This document shows, piece by piece, positions 14,398-27,775 of a stretch of 64,000 nucleotides of DNA. The stretch comes from Octopus vulgaris (lineage: Eukaryota), in contig OX597830.1 of NCBI GenBank assembly GCA_951406725.2, forward strand, positions 62,496,001 to 62,560,000. Reading direction: 5' to 3'. Both the position numbers and the translations under genes were made by a program. Every line of letters starts with the position of its first letter. The first letter of the stretch is position 1. Under the pieces are notes generated by a model. The model was given only the letters and a program-made list of their open reading frames with translations, ran no database searches and had not been told where the DNA came from.

Positions 14398-14717
14398 CAA
14401 TTGCAGCTTGGAAGGTGTTTATAAGCCATTTAAGAAACACACAAAAACCATTAGATTCACTTCAACATTTAAATTTAATTTGCCAAAATATTTTCGTCGC
14501 TTTAAGACCGCGACCTGTTCACTGACAAAATTCCGTGCTGCATCAAAGCAGTCTCAAAGCAACAAAGATATTTTGGCAAATTAAATTTAAGTGTTGAAGT
14601 GAATCTAATGGTTTTTTGTGTTTCTTAAATGGCTTATAAACACCTTCCACGCTGCAATTGTTTTCGTTCCAGCACACGATCTCAGATCAGGTCACTTGCT
14701 ATGCAAGTACATCTCCA
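14398..14717. mobile_element. Inverted pLTR-like repeat carrying a hammerhead-like motif
   Basis: Arms 14398-14494 and 14564-14660 are reverse complements; same family as 2350-2552. Confidence 0.65.
14479..14529 (-). ncRNA. Candidate minimal type I hammerhead ribozyme with G3-C8 core
   Basis: TTTGTCA-GTGAACA-G-GTCGC-loop-GCGAC-GAAA-ATATTT-TGGCAAA; stems I and II pair; palindromic stem III. Confidence 0.55.
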
Positions 14718-15138
14718 ATAATAATATTTTTTTTAAGCTTAAAGCTTATAAGTGATTACCATGTATTGATGGAAAAAAGTGGGTTTTCCACAGAATTTAA
14801 AAACTCGCAGCCCTCTTTTTCAACAGGAGAATTTCATATTTAAACAACAGTTGCTAATCTTTAGAAGATTAAACTCATCTGATTTTAGATGCAAATAAAG
14901 GGAAAAAGTAAATTTAAAACAAATTTAAGTCCTGGAGTTGATTTGTTCAAATCGGTGCCCTAAGCGTGGCTGCAGTCCAATGACTGAAACAAGCAAACAG
15001 TGAAATATATATTCCAAATGTTGTTGTGGTTATTGTACTCATTAATTCTAAGAGTTTATTGTAATTGTAATATATGTTTTGTTTTGCTTTGTTTTTTGTG
15101 GGGTTTTTTATTGTCATTTCCTATAATTTTCATTTCAG

Positions 15139-15205
15139 TGTCCATATGCAAAGAAAACCGATATCCTTAGTTATGTTCTTACCACCCCAATCTACTCTGA
15201 ATCAG
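15139..15205 (+). CDS. RASGEF1: RasGEF1-like exon
   Basis: cag|CPYAKKTDILSYVLTTPIYSES|gtaagt; ends phase 1. Confidence 0.93.
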
Positions 15206-15719
15206 GTAAGTTTTACATAAATATCTGCATCTGCTTGTGCACCCATGAGTGTGTGTGTGTGTGTGTGTGTGTGAAGCCTAATCATGTTTATCTGTATTAC
15301 CTGCTCCATATCAGCTTTGTATATTCTCTTGTTTTTATCATCATCATCATCATCGTTTAACATCCGTTTTCCATGCTGGCATGAGTTGGACGGCTTGACG
15401 ACTGAGGTCTGGAGAGCCAGTGGCTTCACCAGGCCCCAATCTGATCTGGCAATGTTTCTACAGCTGGATGCCCTTCCTAATGCCAACCAGAGTGTAGTGG
15501 GTGCTTTTTACATGCCACTGGCACAGGAGCCAGTCAGGCGGACCTGGTATTGACCATGTTTGGATGGTGCTTTTTACATGCCACTGATATGGGAGCCAGT
15601 GTGTGGGGTATTGGTATCAGCCACATTCGGTTGGTGCTTTTTACGTGCCTGCCATATATTTCCTTAATTATTTATTTTCTTTGCATATAAATTTATTTAT
15701 GTTTCTACTTGACTTTCAG

Positions 15720-15819
15720 CTCTTCTTTTGGCATCATTTGAATGTGAAGGACCAGAAGCGAGTCATGAAAAAGAGAAATACAAGCAATTGGCAGACAAAG
15801 GAAGACACAAACAGATGAA
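15720..15819 (+). CDS. RASGEF1: RasGEF1-like exon
   Basis: cag|(A)LLLASFECEGPEASHEKEKYKQLADKGRHKQM(K)|gtaagt; matches 'ALYLASYESEGPE'. If the donor is not used, the frame stops immediately (AAG TAA). Confidence 0.9.
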
Positions 15820-16284
15820 GTAAGTAAAATGATGATCATAATTCTTTCTAATTTTGGCATGGGGCCAACAATTTTTGGGGAGAGGGAGTTAGTTGATTAC
15901 AGCATCCCCAGTGTTCAGTTGGTAGTTATTTCATCAACTCCAAAAAGATGAAGGGTAAAGTTGACCTCGGCGAAATTTGAACTCTGAACATCAATCAGGT
16001 CAAAAGAAATATTGTCAAACATTTTGTCCAGCACAATAACAATTCTGCCAGATGATAATAATAATGATAATGATAATTTTTACTTAAGACACAGGACCTG
16101 AAATTTGGTGGGGAGGGGACTAATTGATTACATCGACCCCAGTATTTCACTGGTATTTAATCTATCGACCTAAATAGATGAAAGACAAAGTCGACTTTGG
16201 TGGAATTTGAACTCAGAACATAGTGCTAAGCATTTTGTCCATGGTGCTGATGATTCTGCCAGCTCACCACCTTGTATAATCATC

Positions 16285-16770
16285 ATTATCATCATCATCA
16301 TCGTTTAACGTCCACTTTCCATGCCAGCATGGGTTGGACGATTTGACTGAGGTCTAGCGAACCAGATGGCTGCACCAAGCACCAATCTGATCTGGCAGAG
16401 TTTCTACAGCTGGATACCCTTCCTAACACCAACCACTCCGAGAGTGTAGTGGGTGCTTTTACATGCCACCGGCACGATGGCCCAGTCAGGCGGTACTGAC
16501 AACGGCCACGCTCAAATGGTGCTTTTTATGTACCACCTGCACAGGAGCCAGTCCAGCGGCACTAGCAATGACCTTGCTTAGATGTTTTTTCATGTGCTAC
16601 CAGCACAAGTTCCAGAAAGGCTATGCAGATAATGATCATGCTCGAATGGTGCTTTTTACATGCCACCGGCACAGAAGCCAGTTTGTTGCTCTGGCAACGA
16701 TCACGCTCGGATGGTGCTCTTAGTGCTCCACTAGTACGGTTGCCAGTCATCAAATTCGATTTTGATTTCA
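16285..16770 (-). mobile_element. Repeat family C (SINE-like, (GAT)n tail, tandem aaaagcacc units)
   Basis: Contains tggttgg.gttaggaagggcatccagctgtagaaa; copies at 6200-6393, 15337-15650, 28003-28340, 38876-39520, 52880-53070, 54865-55130 and 60420-60751. Confidence 0.8.
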
Positions 16771-17803
16771 GGTTTCAAATTTTGTCACAAGGGCAGCAGT
16801 TTTGAGGGAGGGAATGAGTCGATTGCATTGACCCCAGCGTTCAGCTGGTACTTATTTTACCAACCCCAAAAGGATGAAAGACAAAGCCCACCTCAGCAGA
16901 ATTTGAACTCAGAACATAGTGCTACGCATTTCGTCCACCGTGCTAACATTTCTGCCAGCTCACCGCTGTGTATAATAACGCTAATAATAATAATATTAAT
17001 AATAGAAAATATTAGATAATTGAAAAGAACCAGGAATGTATTAGATTGTTGAAAATAGTAGATAGCATGGTAGCATAGGCTGTAAGCAGCAAGCTCACTA
17101 CACATGCAAGACTCCAGGAGTTACATCAAAGCCTGAGATAAAAATAATAATGGTTTCAAATTTTGGCATAAAGCAAGCAATTTTAGGGATAGTGTTCAGC
17201 TGGTATTTATTTTATCAACCAAGAATTGATGAAGGGCAAGGTCAACCTCAGTGGAACTCAGAACATGAAGAGTCGTAAGAAATGCCACTAAACATTTTGT
17301 CTGATGTGCTAACAATTCTGCCAGCTCACCTCTTGATTGTCTGGAACAATAACCAAAGAAGAGTACCCAGGTGGTGTGTGGTGGTGGTGACGGTTGTTGT
17401 TGTTGTTGTTGTTGTTGTTTGTGTTCAGAATATATAAGAGGGAGAAGAGTTATCTCAGTAATCAAAGTGGTGAGGCAGCAAGCTTGGCAGAAACATAAGC
17501 ATGCCAGGCGAAATGCTTACTGGTATTTCGTCTGTCTTTACATTCTGAGTTCAAATCCTGCCGAGGTCGACTTTACCTTTCATCCTTTTGGGGATCAATA
17601 AATTAAGTACCAGTAGTGTACTGGGGTCAATCTAATCGACTGGCCCTTTCCATCAAAATTTTGTGCCTGAAGTAAAAAAAGAGTTATCAAAGTGGAAGTA
17701 TTATCTCCCTTTGTTCCTTCTCTAATATTTTTGTCAGTTATATTATAATATTCTTTAGATTTTATTAAAGATACTAAAATGTTTGTTTTTCTTTTTCTTT
17801 CAG

Positions 17804-17816
17804 AATGCAGTCATAA
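17804..17816 (+). CDS. RASGEF1: RasGEF1-like probable terminal coding exon, (K)MQS*
   Basis: Strong pyrimidine tract and cag at 17801-17803; phase-compatible A ATG CAG TCA TAA; AATAAA near 18147. Confidence 0.65.
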
Positions 17817-18480
17817 TCGAGATTTGTACAGTATTAATAGAGTAAATAAGGAATTACTAGTTCCTTCTGTGGAACCGAAATGGTTTATCAGAGACAGTTC
17901 ACTGATGATAACTAGAGATGGTGGAGAAAGCCCTTACAGAGAGTTTAGCATGACCAAAAACCTTTTGCATTTTTTTCACTGTTAAACCAGAGCTTTTGTT
18001 TGTGCAAGTGTTGTAACTGCAAGAAGCTTGTCAGAAAGGGTCCAAACTTTTTTTTTTTTTTTATTCACACAGCATATGAAATTCTAGATTCAATTACATA
18101 AAACCACGAAGATCACCTAAATGGATCTTCAAAAAAAAAAAACATAAATAAATAAAATGAAATATGCTGTTATCACTTCCATCAGACACTACATTATCAC
18201 CATTTTAACAGAGATTCAATGTCAGCTAATTGATGTCACTAATAATTATCATTATTATTATTTTTTTTTTTTTCTATTTTCATTGTTGTCACCATTTACA
18301 AATCGTTTTTTGCTTTGCTGGTCAGCTGTTTACAGCGGGCCTGTACACTGACCAGGTAACAAGGACAAGCACACCGCGCAAAAGAAATATATATATATAA
18401 ACATACATACATACATAAGATATATACATATATATATATATTAATATATATATATATATGTATACACACACACACATAAG

Positions 18481-18541
<61 letters not shown>

Positions 18542-20257
18542 CCTGACTGCTGCCAAATAAAAAGAAAAACAGAAGCTGTTGACAAAACATAAGACAAACA
18601 TTCACCTTTTAAACGTGTTTCCAATGTGATTACAAATAACTGTCTCCTGTTCCAAATGTTCCTGTACCAAAAGAAAACAGACAAAGGCATTTTAAATTCC
18701 TGCTGCAGACAAAAAAATTGGATATTAATCTTTTCTTATTTAAGAACTCTATAAAACGCTTTCACCAAACTAAATATCACGTGACTATTTTTCGCTCGCT
18801 TTTATTTTTTTTCTTCTGGTGTATGTGTGTTTTTGTTTGCGGAGTTTTTTTTTTGTGTGTGTTTTCTTCTCAAGACTCCCTCCATTATGAAGGTGACATT
18901 TGTATATTTCTAAACTTAAAAAACAGAATTTTTAAAAACCCCAATTATTTCCAAAATTTCATTTACTTATAATTATTTCCTCACCTGAAGGCAACGAGCT
19001 GGCAGAATCATTAGGATGTCAGACAAAATTACTTTGCAGCATTTCTTCTGGTTCTTTACATTTCTGAGCTCAAATCCCACTGAAGTCAACTTCACTTTTT
19101 ATCCTTCCAGGGTCAATAAAATAAAATACCAGACACTTACTGGAGTCAATGTAATTAACTTACCCTCCTACCCCACTGACAAATTTCAGGCCTTCTGCTT
19201 ATATTAGAAAGATTTAGAATTATTTCCATTCCTCTGTGTAGAACAAAGTTGACTCAAAATCGAAATGCCTTCACATATTTATTCTACTCACATTCTTTCA
19301 GATTCTCAGTTCAAATCCTGCCAGGGCAGTTTTTTTTTTTTTTTAACTCTCTTATTTCCTTCCATGTGTCTGAGATTGAGAAAATGAACACCGCTCATAT
19401 ATTAAATTAATTTCAATTCACAACAGCCATCCCCAAATGAATATACGTCCTCCTGCCAGTCTAAGACATCAGTATTTAGCATTCTCTATTCCAAGCCAAT
19501 ACCAATCCAGAGATGCTCAAACAAAATATAACTAAATATAATAAAAAATTTTAACAATGAAGTTACATGTGATTGTTAGTGATTATTTAATATATATTTG
19601 ATTATAATATTCGTTATTAAAGATGGAATCAGTATTATTTAAAAATATCATTCTGTATATTTTAGTTAATATAGATACACTGTAGAAAGTCACAAAACTG
19701 TGGTATTTGTCTCAAGAAAGAATCTCATATAGACATATAGTGCTAAAAAGAAAACAGTTGGAAACAAAAATCATTCACCACTGTTGACCAGTTTCTGTCT
19801 GCTAATCATACTTCTGTGCTTTTTAGCACTATACATATGTATCTACATAAGTTGCTTTCTCAAGACAAATTCTTCAGTTTTGTGACTTTCTACAAAAATC
19901 CATGTTAAGTAAGACATACTGAATGATAATTATAATATATTTCTTGCAACACTACTTTCTAACTACACAAATTCCAAAACTACTTGCATTACCATTCTTA
20001 GTTTTATAGTAATTCTACGAACGCCCGAAATATAACATCACTAGTTTCTACATTACAAATTCTGGAACTATTTGCATTACCATTCTTAGACTTAATATTT
20101 CTAGAAATATAAGAGTAGTTTTAAAATAAACAAACTCTATTGTTGGAATTTGGCTAATCTCACAGGATTATCTAAAAAAAAAAAAAATTCCAAGATCTTT
20201 AGAGAGAAAGATACAAAAAGAAATGAGAAAAGCAAACTTAAAAATTAAAATAAACAA

Positions 20258-20465
20258 ACACACACACACACACACATACACACACACATACACACACACA
20301 TACATACATACATACATACATACATACATACATACATACATACATACATACATACATACATACATACATACATACATACATACATACATACATACATACA
20401 TACATGTATATATGTATATATACTTATATGTATATATATATGTATGTGTATATACATACACACAT
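20258..20465. repeat. (TACA)n and (CA)n microsatellite
   Basis: Direct reading. Confidence 0.95.
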
Positions 20466-20634
20466 GTCTAAAGTGAATATCTTAATTACTTAGATTAGAT
20501 TCCTTTATTCTTATCTAGGGTTTCCTTGCCAATAATCCTTGTATAGATAATAATCTGCAATAAGAAGATTTGTTCAGCCATATATAAAACAAGTAATACC
20601 TATGGAGCCCTCGTTTCTAACAAATCAGATTATC

Positions 20635-22045
20635 TTAACCCTTCTTATACTAACCCACCTGAAAACCCCCACCAACCTGGTTCCATGGCAACAACTTCCT
20701 GTGCTAAAGTGATCTAAATTAGAACCTTCAATCAAAATTCCATGTTAATTTATATTCAAAACACTAGCTTATTAATGAGAAAGCTGTTTGAAAAATTCTC
20801 ATCTTTTAAATTAATTAAAGCGAAGATGGTGTATTTCACCAGAAATATGGTAATGAAAGAGTTAATTATAATTATGTGAAGTTTTGTTTCTAAATCTCAT
20901 AATTATGTAACAGTAAATAATTAAAAATAAACAGTTAAGATATATAATTTGGATAATATAAAGAGAAATAAACAAATCTAATAATATGAAATATCTTATG
21001 ACTTTTATCAGTAAGTTGATATTTCCAATAAATATTTTGAAGCCAGTGTCATGGAAGAACCATTAAATAACACTCTTCAAATTTGAATTTATTTAAATGA
21101 GGTGCTAATATTTTCATCATACACCTGTGGGGAAGTGCGTCAGTGTCAGTAAACTGACCAGGTCACAGTTGTGTAATGAGGGTTTTGACTCCTCATGAAA
21201 TAAATTTAAAGTGAATTTAACTCCATCTCTCTGTTATTAACCCTTTTGATAACAACATCTCTGAAACTCTTCTGGTTCTACAATACTAATTTGTTATTTT
21301 AAAGAGATATAAATTAACCCATCTACAGTCCTTGGTTGCATTTTCACAATGTTATACCTGCTCCTACTTGTTTGGACATGAACTCACCTGGAAGCATCTA
21401 ACGGAGCATAGGAAATGTTCAGTTGGTAGTCAACACCCAGAGCTAACAGTTGCATACTGTTCCAGATTGTGAAAGTTTACCATAATGTTTAATCTAAATA
21501 CTGTGAAATTTAAGACTTCATTTTTTTATGGGAATATATGGGTTAAACGTTTCCATCAAAATTTTGTGTTTTGTCCCAAAAAGCTGATTATTAATGACAA
21601 AAGTTATTTTACTAAATTCTTTGTTATTTTTTAAATAAATTGAAAGAAAGGCAGTGTAATTCAAAAGAAATCTAGTAACAGGGGTTAAAGGGATCCAAAT
21701 TAAAACCTTCCATTAAAATTTCTTGTTAATTTCTTCCAAGCATCAAATAAACAAGAACAAGGTTATATTCTATTATTAACCCATTGGCATTTAAACTGGC
21801 CGTATCCAGCCCAAATATGCCTCCTGTTTTCTGTGCAAACTGGCCAGATCCTGCCTCTCACACCAATCCTACAATGTCATTCTAAAAATAGGCAAAACCA
21901 TCATTGAAATCTCAAAGCTATGAGACAATACATGATTAATTCAGAACAATAAGAATAAATAAGCTTTACATTTGGCAGAGTAATTTGAACACTGAAGGGT
22001 TACAGCAGAGTATTTCAACAGACATATGACAGAATTGGTTAACAG
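20635..22045. mobile_element. Several piggyBac-type MITEs, e.g. 20635-20865 and 21777-22002
   Basis: TTAACCC...GGTTAA ends; homologous to copies at 24599-24777, 35637-35830 and 55142-55566. Confidence 0.7.
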
Positions 22046-25000
22046 GCTCTTCCATGATTTCACTGCTTCAGATTATTTATTTATTTATTTATTTGGCTGC
22101 ATATTCAAAAATAAAAGAAATTATCAAACATAATTTATCTATAAATCTTTCATTTGTTGCGGTTCTGTAGCTTCTCAGTTCCAAATCCCTTCCAAGGTCA
22201 CCTTTGCCTTTCATCCTTTCGGGAGTTGATAAAATAAAGGACCAGCTAAATTCTGGGAAAACATTTAATCAACTAACCTCCTCCCCCTACATCACTAGCC
22301 TTGTGCAAACGTTAGAAACAATTATTATTATTATTATTATTATTATTGAGTGAGAGAGCAGTGAATGCCATCCTTTCAGGGTCGATAAATTAAGTATCAG
22401 TAAAGTCCTGGGGTTGATCTAATCAACTTGCCCCTTCCCCAAAAATTTCAGGCCTTGTACCTATAGTAGAAAAGATTATTATTATTATTGTTATTATTAT
22501 TATTATTATTATTTAAACTAAAAAAAAAAAACATGAAGAAACAACAAAAGAAGTAGAGCACCAGACTAAATTCTTTACAGCATTTAGTTTTTTTTTTTGC
22601 CCCTCCCCCCTCTTCATTCTGACTTTAAATGTTCCAAGATTGACTTTGCTTCTTTTTTTTTTTTTTTCGCTGGTGTCAAATAACAGTAACATACTGGGGT
22701 CCATTCATTTCAGCCACTTTCTTCCACTCCAAGGAATGGTTTTTGTTGTTCATAGTCAAGAGAAACCTTCATTATTGCTTCAGAAATTGTTGCCTGCTTG
22801 TCTTGTGTTCTTGTTACTTTTGCTTCCAAGTCCAAATTGAGAATTAAATTAGTTACATACAGAATAGCATCCTGATGTTAAAAGAAATACAATTCTTATT
22901 GAAAAATTAGAACATTTCCAGCTTTTATTTTAATTATATATTTTAGTCTATATATATATATATATATATATATGCTCTTTAGTAAAAGCTCTATGCAAAC
23001 CGTCCTTGCTTTAGTGAACTTCCTGTCCATCATTTCTTTTGACATTTTTTACTGTATTTTAGTCAATATATGGGGCCTTATTACATAATAGAATTAATTA
23101 GTGCTATTAACTAAATGACTTCCAACTTGGAAACTTAGCTCTTCTTTCTAAAGTACAGCATGGAGAAAGTCCAGCTATTTTTCTAGTTTCCAACCAATAC
23201 TAAGAGGTGTTTTGCTGATGTTGTAGCTACGAAAACAGGGTTTCCGAGAAAGATTATTATTTCACCTGATAAAATTAAATTTCATTTGTTGAACAGACAG
23301 ATTATGCTTGTAAATCAAGAAAATATAAAAATAGGAGCAGTTTAAGAAAGAATTGTTGTTGTACACTTTGGTTATATGTCTCAGTATTGTTGGTTCTATT
23401 AGAATGGTGAGTTGGTGGAACCGCTAAAGCATTGGACAAAATAATTTGCAACATTTATTTCGATGCTTTAGACTCTGGGTTCAACTTTGTTGTTCATCCT
23501 TTCAGAGTCAATAAAATAAAATAAAATACCAGGTTTGTACTGGGGGTCAGTTATACTGGTAAGCCCTCTCTTCACAAAACTGCCTGTTTTGTACCAATAT
23601 TAGAAACAAGTGTGGTTCCACTACGAAGTCAATCTATATTGAAGTTTAATTAGTTTTGCTTAATTAATTTTGCATAGTGATGTAAAAAACTACATTTTTA
23701 GTATTTTTTTTTTATATCTAATAAATTTGTAAAGGTGTACAGATTAGTTTAGGACCAAAGTGTTCAACAGGTATAAAACAGGTAGAGGTTTGCCGATAGG
23801 TATGTCTATGAGTGTGTGCCCCTTGCCCCTTTTTTTTTACTTACTCCCTAGCCACTCCGTCTACATTCTTTCTTCATCTTTCCTCCTTATTTTCTGCAAC
23901 TCCCTAAAACTTTCTGTCTTCATTATACTCCAAACCAAGCACTAACTTTCAATTCTTTAAATACACATACTTATTTCTATGTTGCTTCATTGTTTACTGT
24001 TGCTATCCAAGAGCCTCCATCCATGCCATCAACTATAGACAGTAACACCCCTTCCTCCTCATTGGTTAAAATTATTAAATGTTCTACTCACTCACAGTTA
24101 ATTCTGCCCCTATTTTTTAAATGTTGCGCCATGTTTTTAAAGAATATATTTTCTCACAAATATACTGCTCTTACCGTTTTTGGTCCAAGGCAGAGAAATC
24201 GAGGAATTTATCGTATGATATTCAACAATATGTTATTTGAAACATAATTTTTGTTTGTTTGTTTTTCTTATATATTTTTCCTCATTTTTTTTTCTGACTT
24301 TTTGTTTCTCCAGAAATATTTGAACAGATTTTTTTTTTTTTTTTCAAAACAAATTCTGCCAAAGTGGACTGCACTTTAGAGTTGATTCCTAACAATAGAA
24401 ATGTCCATTTAGATTTTTCTTTTTACTTGTCTTATTTAAAATTTTTAGTGAGTTGGCAATATTGTCTACATGAAACCTCTTTCAGTCTAGAATATTATTA
24501 GAACTCAACCCATACTCAATACCACAAACTAACCTCATAATAAACCAATGATCATGGCCCATGGTTTTCCTCCCATCTTATAACCATTTCATTTCACTTT
24601 AACCCTTTTGAGACCAACCCTGGTTCCATGATAAATGTTCCATCAAAATTTCATGTTATGTTCTAAACTTCAGTTTAATAATGACAAAGTTATTTTAGTA
24701 AATTCCTCATTATTTTCCAAATTAATTTGACACAAATGCAATGTATTTCAACTGAAATATGGTAGCAAAAGAGTTAAAGTGATCGAAATTAAAGTAATTT
24801 ATATTTCCTGATTCTGATGGTCAATGAGGAATTATCTAGAGCTAATTATCATTTAAGAAATGAGTCAGGATTGAATTCAAAACAATGAGACACAGATCTA
24901 AAACATCTAACCTATTTCAGTATTAAAATCCCCTAGCATATAACTGGTACACACAGTAGAGTCATGGACATTTTTAATAACCTAATTAGATGGACAAGTT

Positions 25001-25410
25001 CTGGTTACATCTCCACTAAGAACCACGACTTTCCATTTCCTTCTCGCCACAATAATCCTATAATTCCTTGCCCTTATAGGCAATTATTATGACACTCAAG
25101 AAAACCATGAAGGCCACAACATCTTATTTCATGCCAATTTTAAGAATAATTTTGCTGACAGAGGAGTAAGTTACTGAATCAAGTTCATAGCAAAAATTCA
25201 ATTTTGATTCTCGATTGGAATGACTTACTCTGCTAATAATGCCTTTGGGAGAAGCAACAATGCCACAACTTCATATTTACCTTTGCCCATAACTTCACAG
25301 CTTTATGCCTAATTATTACGAAGAAGAAGAAGAAAAAAAAAGAACAACCAAATTTTCTCGTTTACAACACTCAACGTTTATATTTAAAATGTGTTATTGA
25401 AAACACTAAC

Positions 25411-25500
25411 ATGCATGTACCCAGGTGATGCATGTACCCAGGTGATGCATGTACCCAGGTGATGCATGTACCCAGGTGATGCATGTACCCAGGTGATGCA
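25411..25500. repeat. Perfect 17-bp minisatellite, 5.3 copies (ATGCATGTACCCAGGTG)
   Basis: Identical units with no spacers. Confidence 0.95.
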
Positions 25501-27310
25501 CATTTTATTCCTTTTTGTTTTGCATGTTTACACATATACACTGTTAATTGCACCTATCCGTGTATGTATGAGTTCATTGATATGCATGTAGGCAGTTGTT
25601 TCATTCAGAATTCTATTTATATGATGTAAATATATGTGGTTGTCAGCTGGTCTTTTAACTGTTAATTTATATATATAAGTATACATATATATATATATGT
25701 GTGTGTATGTGTGTAAATAGATGGGGTTTTTTTTTCATCTGTATGTATATGTATCTCTATGTGTGTGTGTGTATATATATATATTATATTATATTCATTA
25801 TAGCTTCAAAAAACTTTAACATTTATGCAAATATCTGTATATTTTGTACATGTACATATGCATATCCATCTACATCGACACTTGCACAATTACACAAAGA
25901 ATTACGCCTGAATAGAGATGTCTGCATCGTTGTCTTAGCAGTATACATATGTGTGTGTGTGTGTGTGCATGTCTATGTGTGTGTATATATATATATTAAT
26001 ACATAGATGTGTGTGTCTGTATACATGTGTTTGTATATATATGTGTATGTGTGTGTCTTTCTCTCTCTCTCTCTCTCTCTCCCTATATACATACATATAT
26101 ATTTAAAATGTATGTCTATATACACAAGCATATAAACATATATATGTATTATTCTTATATTCCACTGAGGTCTATATAGTATTTCATCCTTTCAGGATTG
26201 ATAAAATAAGTACCAGTTAAATACTGGGGTTGATGTAATTGGCTAGTCCCCTCCCGCAAAAATCTTAGGCTTTGTACCGTTAGTTGAAATTATTATTATC
26301 AATTATTATTGGGGGAGAATTCTACAGGAGTTACAGAAGGGCTTCTATTAATTGCTTTCACACAAAGCTCTCATCCTTTTTTGAACTATAACATTCTCAG
26401 CTAATAAAAAAAAAAGAAAAACAAGAATTATATACACTCTACCTTGTGTTTTAAGTTCTCTTTCTCTCATTTATAAACCCTGCCACACAAACACAATATG
26501 TGTGTGCTTGTGTGCATATATAAACTTTTATAAGGAAAAGGTTTTAGGTAACTTTGAAGTTTTGGTCTGCTGGTCAGCACCAAGCTGCTATATATATTGG
26601 TTCTTTGGGGTGCTTTATATAGTCTTTGGCAGGTCGTCTTTTTGGTAGGTGCAGCTATGTGAATGACAATTAGGTGTGGTGTTGTTGGACAGGGGAACCA
26701 AAGCAGAGTACAGCTTGATGGAAGCAAGCAGGCCACACACTTCAAAGTTACTGTCAACGATCTCCTGGTATAAGTTACTAAACATATATTCTACTGAAAA
26801 GTATTGGGTCATACCTCAGTTTAATGTTAAATTGTTTCTATATATAACTTGGTATAAAAACAAAAATTGCTATATATATATCATATATATATATATATAT
26901 ATATACTTATGTTATACATACCCCGTGTCTCACATGTCTGTTAGGTTATAAAGTAACAGTTCAATGTTAAATACTGCCTAGTATGGGACAGCCGGTATAC
27001 ATTAATCTGTGGATATATATATTGTATTATATAAATGTATGTATGTATGTATACCTCTTCCTGTGTTGCTATAGTTTGTAGATGTGGAGAGCAAGGAGTG
27101 TATATATGTGTTAATGAAAGAGCTGTATGATTTCTCTAGTTTCATACCAGAAAGTGCTGAAATGTTGTTGATGATGATGATGATGTTGTTATGCCAGAAT
27201 TCTAAAGCTATTTTTCTCTCACTTCAAAATCTATGGCTGTTATTCTTTATTTCTTAACGATGTTTATTGACATTCTTGAATGGAAGAGAAACTTTTAAAC
27301 AACTGTGGTA

Positions 27311-27329
27311 AATAAATATGTAAAATAAA
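27311..27329 (+). terminator. Candidate distal polyadenylation signals (AATAAA twice), followed by GT/T-rich sequence
   Basis: aataaatatgtaaaataaaacaaaaagtgttttgttattgtctg. Confidence 0.35.
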
Positions 27330-27429
27330 ACAAAAAGTGTTTTGTTATTGTCTGAATTTTTCTGTTTTACAAAGAAATTGACATTGTGTTTGTGTGTGTG
27401 TGTGTGTACATATGTACTTTTTTTTTTAC

Positions 27430-27775
27430 TTTTTCAGTCATTTGACTGTGGCCATGGTGGAGCACTGCCTTTAGTCGAGCAAATCGAGCCCAGGACTTAT
27501 TCTTTGTAGGCCTAGTACTTATTCTATCTATCTCTTAATCCGAGCCACTAAGGGACGTAAACACCCCAACATCAGTTGTTAAGTGATGGTAGGGACACAC
27601 ACACACACACACACACGTATATGACAGGCTTCTTTCAGTTTCCGTCTACCAAATCCACTCACAAGGCTTCAGTTGGCCCGATGCTATAGTAGAAGACACT
27701 TGCCCAAGTTGCCATGCGGTGGGACTGAACCCGGAACCATATGGTTGGTAAGTAAGCTACTTACCACACAGCCAG
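27430..27775 (-). mobile_element. SINE family B copy
   Basis: Reverse complement of family B; others at 1185-1525(-), 12848-13050(-), 38048-38365, 44330-44575, 59780-60180 and 63877-64000. Confidence 0.85.

Noticed and set aside
25411-25500. CRISPR-like regular repeat
   Set aside because: Units are contiguous with no spacers, the context is eukaryotic and there are no cas genes.
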